Source of the DNA: Schizochytrium sp. TIO01 | Lineage: Eukaryota > Protista > Bigyra: Labyrinthulomycetes | Direction of reading: 5' to 3' | Assembly: GCA_004764695.1 (NCBI GenBank) | Contig: SMSO01000032.1 | Span: 7,162,483-7,226,482 of the forward strand | DNA length: 64,000 bases | Shown here: positions 57,296 through 64,000 of the stretch, in pieces | How the letters are laid out: the number at the start of each line of letters is the position of its first letter | Position numbering within the stretch: position 1 is the stretch's first letter | Translations under genes and position numbers: made by a program | The notes under the pieces: generated by a model | Database searches by the model: none | The model's input: the letters and a program-made list of their open reading frames with translations, nothing else | Told to the model about the DNA's origin: nothing

Positions 57296-60200
57296 TTACT
57301 TCTTCTTGTTGGACTTGCCCTTGCTCTTCTTCTTAATAGAACGAAGGCGCTTCTTCTCCTCTTGTGCAGCAATCTCAGCCATTTCCTGGTTTGCGCGACG
57401 CTCCTCGACGCACCTGAGGGTTAAGACCTTGACAGTCTGCGCAGAGTCCACAGTGCGTGGGTGTTCCGGGCCATAGAGAGCCTTGAGAATGGCGTACGCG
57501 GAGCGCTCGTATTCGAGGGATTGAGTCCACGAGGCCATGCCGGCCATAGACTGAGCCGAGATGCGAAAGAGGATTGCAAGTTGGTGTTTATCATCGCCAC
57601 AACGCGAGATGGCCTCCTGGACGCAAGCAAATGCGGTCTTGGGCTGGCTAATCTCGAGGTACATGGTAGCGAGGCGCTGGTAGATAGCGGTGAGCTGCTG
57701 GGCACGAGGTCCAGCCATGAGTTCGTACAGGTAAGCTGCGCGGCGCATGTGCTCAACAGCGCGGTGGTAGACCTGCTGAATGTGGTACAGGTTTCCGAGT
57801 GCGAGGTGCATTGCAGCAATGTTCTCGCTGTCCTGTGCTCCAAGTACGTTTGCGAGTGCAAGAGCACGGCGATGCTGAGTGATGGCACCACCCACGTCGC
57901 GCACGATGCGAAGAATGTCCGAGATGGTCATGATGCATGCAAGAGCGTTACGGTGGACGGGGCCTTCGACCTGGCAGACCATAGTCAAGGCCTCCATGGC
58001 AAACTGGTACGCAAGCTGAAGCTCCTGGGCAGGGGCATTCTTGAGCGAGAGGCGGTTTCTTGCTCCAGCAATGCGGTCTCTGACCTCTTGCAGGCACCAC
58101 TCCGGCCGCACAGTCTTCACGATCGGCACAGTGTCAACCAAGTCGGCCTCAAAGAACGGGGTCTCAGCCTCAAGGACGTAGTTGCGAGAGGCCATGCGAA
58201 TACCGCAGACCTGGCACATTCTGCGCATAAGAACCTTTGAAGATGCACGGGATTCCTTCTGGTCCTCAGCAGAGGTGCTCCACCACCAGCGAAGCTCGTA
58301 GCCAAAGTGCTCCTTAACGAGAGCGCGAACGGTTCTGCGGACGACAGTGGCACCGACACTGCTGGACATGTCTTTGTTAAGCCAATCCTCGACGGTGACA
58401 TCCTCAGCAACGCTCTCGTTGCTGTTCTCGAGCTGACCAAAGACGGCGTTCAAGATGCGCACAATGACGGTGGCGAGCGACTGCTTCAAAGAAGCCTGTT
58501 CATGCATGATACGGCGGAAGATCCACTTGAGGCTGCGCGAAACCATCTCAACTTCGCAAAGCTCGTGAAGAGCACGCGGGGCAGCAGGGATTGCAACAAA
58601 GGTGGACTCGTCCTCACCAGCCTGCACCATCTCGGTTGACTCGACCTTGGCAAGAGCATCAGCGATCTTACCGAGGTAGCGCACATTGATACCAAAGTTG
58701 TGCATTGTGCTCACGAGTGCAGCTCCGTCAGCAGGCGTAAGGATGCCATTGCGGAAGCTGTTCACGAGACCAGGGACCTGCGTATCGAGAAGAAACTCTG
58801 CGAGCTCCTTGGCGTCCTTGACAGCCTTCTCGTCACGGAGCTCCTTCGGCTGGTATTCGGAGTAGAGGTTCACATCAAGGGAAGGCAACTCCGCATCAGG
58901 AACCTCATCGCGAGCTGCTATAATCTCCTTCTCAAGCTCATCCGTAATTTCTGAAGACCACTGAGACTCTTCAGTCTGCTTGCCGTGCTTCTCCTCATAC
59001 GAGGCATAGATCTCTTCAGCCTTCTGGCGACGAATGATCTCCTGGCCACGTCGGTTCTTGTCGACGAGGTGCTGCACAAGCTCAGGTCTGAGCACAGCAA
59101 CATATCCGTTCTCACGGACCTTACCTTGCTCAAGTTGCTCCTCGGTATAGAAGTTCACGTCAACCGGTGTGGACTTGGTGATGTCGAGCAGATATCTGCG
59201 TCCGTCAGCACCGCGCAGGCCCTTGCTGTTTACGGGGGCTGAGATGGTCACATCCTCAGCGTTCTCCTCACTTGTAGGCCGCACCTTGCCTCCGCAGACG
59301 TAGAGCGACTTCATGAGGGTGGCAACGTCCTCCGCCATCTCCTCCTTGGCGTGGATGTTGCGGCCGAGGTTCACGGATCCGTAGAGCAGAGTGTTGACAT
59401 GATCGTGCTGGAGGATGCCAGGAACAAGACTTTGGGCGATGACACGGAAGCCCTGAAAGTCCACAAGCACTGTGTTCAGAGTGTGCACGCGGTCACCGGG
59501 TTCCTCGGCAGTATCCTTGGCCTCAAGGCGCTTGCGCTCCAGGACGTGGTTAATGTTACGGATGGTCTGGAGGTCATGGTTTGATCCACTGTATGTGGCA
59601 ATCGGGTTCAGACCCTCTGCATTTCCAGCCTCAGTGTTGGCGATAAGACCATAGCCGTGGTCCATCTGTGCGACGGAGAGAAATGCGTTGTTGAACATGA
59701 ACACGTGGGACTCGGCAGGCTCAGTCGGGTTGAGCGGTACAAGCTGACCTTCAACAAGAGCAATGGCACCACGGCGCGCGTTGTCCGCAAAGTCGTTGTG
59801 CAAGGCCTCAAGAAGTCTAGCACGGCAGATGCGCTGCTCAAGGTTCTCTACAGGCATCTCCAGAAGGCCCTGGTACTCCTCATTCCAGTCACGAGGGTTT
59901 CCAGGCGACTCGGTCATGTTCAGGGGGTCATAGACGCTCTGGAAGGCGCGGTCGCGATCATACACGTGCGGTGTGTTGACCTCCTCGTTCCACTGGCCTT
60001 GCGGGTGAGGCATGAGAGGGCTGCGGTTTGCTTCCGCGTAAAATGTGGGCAAGTTTGCGTTGGTGGTGATGGCGGTGACATCGTGCTCTGAGAGACCAGA
60101 GTCACGGATAAGATCCTCATTGCGCTTCTTGGCAGCGGCCAGGAGGTTCTTGTACTGGGATGCAAAGCCAGATACCACCAGAGAGAGAAGCTCTACGAGG

Positions 60201-61198
60201 GTCGGGCAGAGCGGCGAGCCCTTGGCGACCTCCGGGTTGAAGACGGCTTCCGAAGAAGCGTTCTGGAAGAAGCCTTCGCGGCACGCTGTCACGTGGTAGG
60301 TCTTGCCATCGTTAGCAGTTACGCGCAAGTAGAAGAGATCGCCCTTGAGCTTGCGGCTCGAGGGAGGAGGGTTCCATCCAGAAGGCACGAGCTCGCGAGC
60401 GCAGATCGGCATCTCGCGAGTGAGCATCTTGATTACATCGCTCGACACCACTCCGTCAGCGGCTTGCTGCTGGCCCGGGTAGAAGCTCTCAAGGTTCGCG
60501 GGCACAGGGAGTGGCAAGCTTGAGGGGATCTTAGCAGCACTGGCCATGGCGGCATCCTCGTCAAGGGTTTCCTGGCCGTCGTGAGCAGCAACCTGAACGA
60601 TTTCACTTGACATTCCGGAGAGAGGCCCAGGGGGGTTGCGAAGCGTTTTGCGAACATGGTTCACGTGCTCCCAAGCCGTTGTGGCGGAGTATTGGTCCGG
60701 GAGCAGCAGAAGGTAGTCGCCACGGGCGAGCGACTCACACTCGCCGAGAATAGCATCCTCATCAAGACGAACAGTGCTCTGAAAAGGGTGGCGAGCGGCG
60801 GAAGGTGTTGAGCTAGTAGCGTTGGAGGACTTCTTCTTGGACTTTGAAGCCTTCTTCGCGTGTTGAACGTGCTCGGCGACCTCGGAGGCACTCACGGTCT
60901 CGAGATGGCAGCAGTTCGAGATGTGGCAGAGCTCAGGAACATCGCGAAGGAGCTGCTTGAGGTTAAGAACAGTCTCCTGCAGCCTGACCTGAGGGATCTT
61001 GAGAGTGGTCTTCACCTTGCGACCTCCAAAATCGAGGATCACGAGAGGAGCGTCGAAGACGTCATCGTTCTCCTCGGCCTGTTCCTGCTCGGCGGCGACA
61101 TTTTCCTCTGCATCAGTGCTGGCCTCGGGGTTCTTTTCGACGGTCTCCTCTGAGGAAGAGGCGACCACCTTCTCCGTAGCGTCTGCTGCTGCTGCCAT
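57296..61198 (-). CDS. CLU1: Clustered mitochondria protein (CLU1/CLUH)
   Basis: SGWNPPP..RKLKGDLFYL, RDWNEEYQ, DFQGFRVIAQSLVPGIL, KGLRGADGRRYLLD, HNFGINVRYLG, and C-terminal TPRs ending YGPEHPRT. Confidence 0.95.
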   Translation of the reverse strand: MAAAADATEKVVASSSEETVEKNPEASTDAEENVAAEQEQAEENDDVFDAPLVILDFGGRKVKTTLKIPQVRLQETVLNLKQLLRDVPELCHISNCCHLETVSASEVAEHVQHAKKASKSKKKSSNATSSTPSAARHPFQSTVRLDEDAILGECESLARGDYLLLLPDQYSATTAWEHVNHVRKTLRNPPGPLSGMSSEIVQVAAHDGQETLDEDAAMASAAKIPSSLPLPVPANLESFYPGQQQAADGVVSSDVIKMLTREMPICARELVPSGWNPPPSSRKLKGDLFYLRVTANDGKTYHVTACREGFFQNASSEAVFNPEVAKGSPLCPTLVELLSLVVSGFASQYKNLLAAAKKRNEDLIRDSGLSEHDVTAITTNANLPTFYAEANRSPLMPHPQGQWNEEVNTPHVYDRDRAFQSVYDPLNMTESPGNPRDWNEEYQGLLEMPVENLEQRICRARLLEALHNDFADNARRGAIALVEGQLVPLNPTEPAESHVFMFNNAFLSVAQMDHGYGLIANTEAGNAEGLNPIATYSGSNHDLQTIRNINHVLERKRLEAKDTAEEPGDRVHTLNTVLVDFQGFRVIAQSLVPGILQHDHVNTLLYGSVNLGRNIHAKEEMAEDVATLMKSLYVCGGKVRPTSEENAEDVTISAPVNSKGLRGADGRRYLLDITKSTPVDVNFYTEEQLEQGKVRENGYVAVLRPELVQHLVDKNRRGQEIIRRQKAEEIYASYEEKHGKQTEESQWSSEITDELEKEIIAARDEVPDAELPSLDVNLYSEYQPKELRDEKAVKDAKELAEFLLDTQVPGLVNSFRNGILTPADGAALVSTMHNFGINVRYLGKIADALAKVESTEMVQAGEDESTFVAIPAAPRALHELCEVEMVSRSLKWIFRRIMHEQASLKQSLATVIVRILNAVFGQLENSNESVAEDVTVEDWLNKDMSSSVGATVVRRTVRALVKEHFGYELRWWWSTSAEDQKESRASSKVLMRRMCQVCGIRMASRNYVLEAETPFFEADLVDTVPIVKTVRPEWCLQEVRDRIAGARNRLSLKNAPAQELQLAYQFAMEALTMVCQVEGPVHRNALACIMTISDILRIVRDVGGAITQHRRALALANVLGAQDSENIAAMHLALGNLYHIQQVYHRAVEHMRRAAYLYELMAGPRAQQLTAIYQRLATMYLEISQPKTAFACVQEAISRCGDDKHQLAILFRISAQSMAGMASWTQSLEYERSAYAILKALYGPEHPRTVDSAQTVKVLTLRCVEERRANQEMAEIAAQEEKKRLRSIKKKSKGKSNKKK

Positions 61199-61547
61199 GG
61201 TGGTAGCAATAATAGTTATTCTGTTCTAGATTCCGCAAGCAAGCCTCAGGAGTGGCTTGCGCGAAGGAAAGTTGCTCTAAACAAAAGCCCACAGGTGAGC
61301 TTTCCTATTGGCTTGCTTCTAGTTTATATAAGTTTCCTTGAGCTTTTCGTTGAGCTTGTGGCGGCGCAAGTACGCGCTGCTGCAGGAGTTGCTTGAGCTG
61401 CTTCGTGAGCTTGCTCAGCTACTTACTGTCCGAACGGTCCTGTGGAAGTGACCGATCTTCGAGGGTTGGTGATCGACAGCTCGATCTTAACTTTGGAGGT
61501 TTGTTTGATCGGCAAAGCGATCGATGGATTGCTGGATTGACGAAGGT

Positions 61548-61551
61548 GCTG

Positions 61552-61582
<31 letters not shown>

Positions 61583-61597
61583 TACTACTACTACTGC
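61548..61597 (+). repeat. Compound (GTT)(GCT)(ACT) trinucleotide repeat
   Basis: Seen directly, upstream of CLU. Confidence 0.85.
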
Positions 61598-62990
61598 AAA
61601 ATCTCTTTCTCCTTTTATTATCCATTGCATTGCAAACTTAAGTTTTCTTTCATTTACTTTTGGTAGGCACAATTCAAGTGTTGACTGTCTATTATCTATT
61701 CTACCTAATCTAGTAGGTAGCTTAGGTAGGCAGATAGATGTCTAAGATACCAAACAAACTAACAGAGAATCAGATAAAACATTCATTAGAGTCATTTCAC
61801 TTTATTTATTTTTCTTTTAAATTGAATTAAATGTAAGAGATACCAAGATAGATCTCTCAATATATGGATACGTGGATAGATATATAAATCAAATAGATGG
61901 ATGGATAACTTATTAGCATCGCGAGGGACTTCGAAACAGACAGAAATCGAAACCAACTCGAACGTGGCCTTTCTTTCCTTCTCTCTGCTTCTCCGCTTTT
62001 CTTTCTTGTTTGTGCGTTGAGAGGCAGAAGATGGATCGATTTGATGATGGCGATGGCGATAAATGCACAGCAAAGCGAGACGAAGGCCGAAGTACCACAA
62101 GAAGGCGCAGAAGATGTAGTTTGACTTGCTTTCATGAAATACTTTGACTTCTTTTCTTTCAGAATTTCATCTTTATGCACCAATTGAATGAATGACAATT
62201 CTAAAAGAAAAGCAATTTTTAATAAGCAATTAATAAAGCAAATAAAAGACTCAGTCTCACTAGAACTAAAACTTTAAAGCAGACAGAAGAACATCATAGC
62301 TTTTTTTCTTTTTTTTTTTTTTTTTTTCTTTTCTTTTCTTTTCTGATGGCTTTTCCTTCTGCCTTCGCCTTCAAGATGTGAAATGTGGTCTTTGCCGCTA
62401 CAACTGCAGCGCTTCAGGCAAGCAATAAACCCCTTTTCTCAACGTTGGAGGTGCTCCAAACTAAGACGAGAACAACATCGACTCAAATGAAACTACACCA
62501 AAGCAAAATATCACAAAGTTTTATTAAAGGCCCTGAAAAAGAAGGCATTTCGCAAGCACTCCTACCCCATGCACTAAGCATCTCTTACCCATCTCTCCCT
62601 GCTTCTCATCACAATGGTCCCCACTAGACTGCTCTGTTTGATCCCCAATCCATTGACTAAGCTAAACCATAGGATGGTTCCGGCTAGGAGGGGGAATGAT
62701 TCTGCGGCTGCGGATGCTCAGTGGTGACAAACGTCTCTGTTTGTCACGCGGCGCTGCGCTGCTTCAATTCACTAATTAATTAGCGATGAGCGTTTTCTGG
62801 AGAAGAGCTTCGTGCTTAACAGAGCAAAAACCCTGATGGATAGAGACTGTGCGTGTATGTTTATAAGTTTATATATATATATGTTTGTGTGTGTTGTGCG
62901 TCTCCAGATCGTATTTGCTTCATGCCCTCTGCGGAAGAGCAGGTTCGCAGGAAAGAAAAGGTGGAGGAGCGGCGCGAAGTGACCTCTGTG

Positions 62991-63060
62991 CTTTTCTTTT
63001 CTTTCCTTTTCTTTTCTTTTCTTTTCTTTTCTTTTCTTTTCTTTCCTTTTCTTTTCCTTT
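62991..63060 (+). repeat. (CTTTT)n microsatellite
   Basis: Seen directly in the sequence. Confidence 0.85.
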
Positions 63061-64000
63061 CGCACCTCTTTTCTTTTCTTCTCTTTTCATCCAATTTGGT
63101 GCACTATGTACGTGTTTATGTATGTATGTATGTATATATGTATGTATGTATACTCACTGATACACGGATGGATAGATATGCAGGCACGAGACCCGCAGAA
63201 ACAACGTAAAGTGAGGCGCCTTTCCACAGTTTTCATCTGATCGAGAGATAGAGAGAAATGGCGTCGGCACATAAAGACTCTTTCACTTTTGCTTTCTCCT
63301 GTTTGGAAAGTGGAGTAGTCAATGTGTTATAAAAAGCAAGAGACTCGCCACTTGAAATCAGACCTGTAAATCCAAATGTAAACCAGGCAAAGTGAACTAT
63401 TTAGATAGATAGGAGGTGCCTATTTACCCTTAGGCGGCGGAGGTGACTTCGAGAAGAAAGACATTAGACCTCGAGGGACTTACTTGGTTTATTTTATTAT
63501 AAAGAAAGGTCAAGTCGCACTTCGTTCTCTCCGCACGAAGCCAGAAAACGTCCTTGCGACGCGAGAGTTTTCTCTTCTATGCACCCATTGTCGCTCCACA
63601 CTCCTCAACCCTCAAGCTCATTCATTGCAAACTCGCATCTGATTCTGATTTCCTCAGAACTAACTCATTCTTGTCATCTCGAAATCGACTCGAAGATCAC
63701 TTTTTTCAATTTTCCCCCCCAAAAATCAATCAAACGAAAACATTGTATTTCAATTTATTTCAATTATATTAGAAAGTAAATAAATAATAAATAAATAAAT
63801 AAATACTACTTTTATTTAGGCCTCAGTAATTAAAAAAAATTACATCTGTACTATATGGACTCATTCATCCCGTCTTCACTGCCGCGGACTGTGCGGCGAT
63901 GAAGTCAATGGCACAAAATTCTGTTATGATCCGCACCACACAAAGTAAAGCAATTGCACAAGTATTTCGAATAAGCAGCGTATTACAAGAAGCGGCGACC

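Noticed and set aside
61393-63272. Low-complexity ORFs (poly-L/S/A, KEKKR repeats)
   Set aside because: These are translations of microsatellites.
1-64000. tRNA, rRNA or snRNA genes
   Set aside because: No cloverleaf with T-loop GTTCRA context or rRNA-like sequence was recognised by eye; tRNAscan-SE and Infernal would be needed to exclude them.

Overview
Eukaryotic, intron-poor window with microsatellite-rich intergenic DNA. A stramenopile origin, probably thraustochytrid/labyrinthulid, is inferred from gene content and style and is not proven. About 15 host genes are recognisable: carnitine acyltransferase, Mps1/TTK kinase, a BART-domain protein, type II pantothenate kinase, Pumilio, a sulfatase, an IQ/WW protein, tRNA isopentenyltransferase, a SPATA17-like protein, a WD40 protein, a HADHB-type thiolase (1 intron), a SKA3-like protein, PTPS-III (1 intron), CLU, and a 5'-truncated membrane protein. 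The standout is an apparently intact 4,489-bp piggyBac-like DNA transposon (22745-27233). It has CCCTGGCTA...TAGCCAGGG ends, a non-canonical ATAA target-site duplication and long palindromic subterminal motifs. Its single 1,171-aa ORF is a piggyBac DDD transposase carrying a YqaJ/lambda-exonuclease (PD-(D/E)xK) domain, itself interrupted by a SAP domain, inserted between the 2nd and 3rd catalytic aspartates. Secondary observations include a PanK with an inserted transmembrane hairpin, an Mps1 with a WH2/WCA-like tail that continues past its TGA, a PUF protein with a non-canonical RNA code, and a Plasmodium-type FolB-bypass PTPS. All domain calls come from motif recognition by eye; no searches were run.
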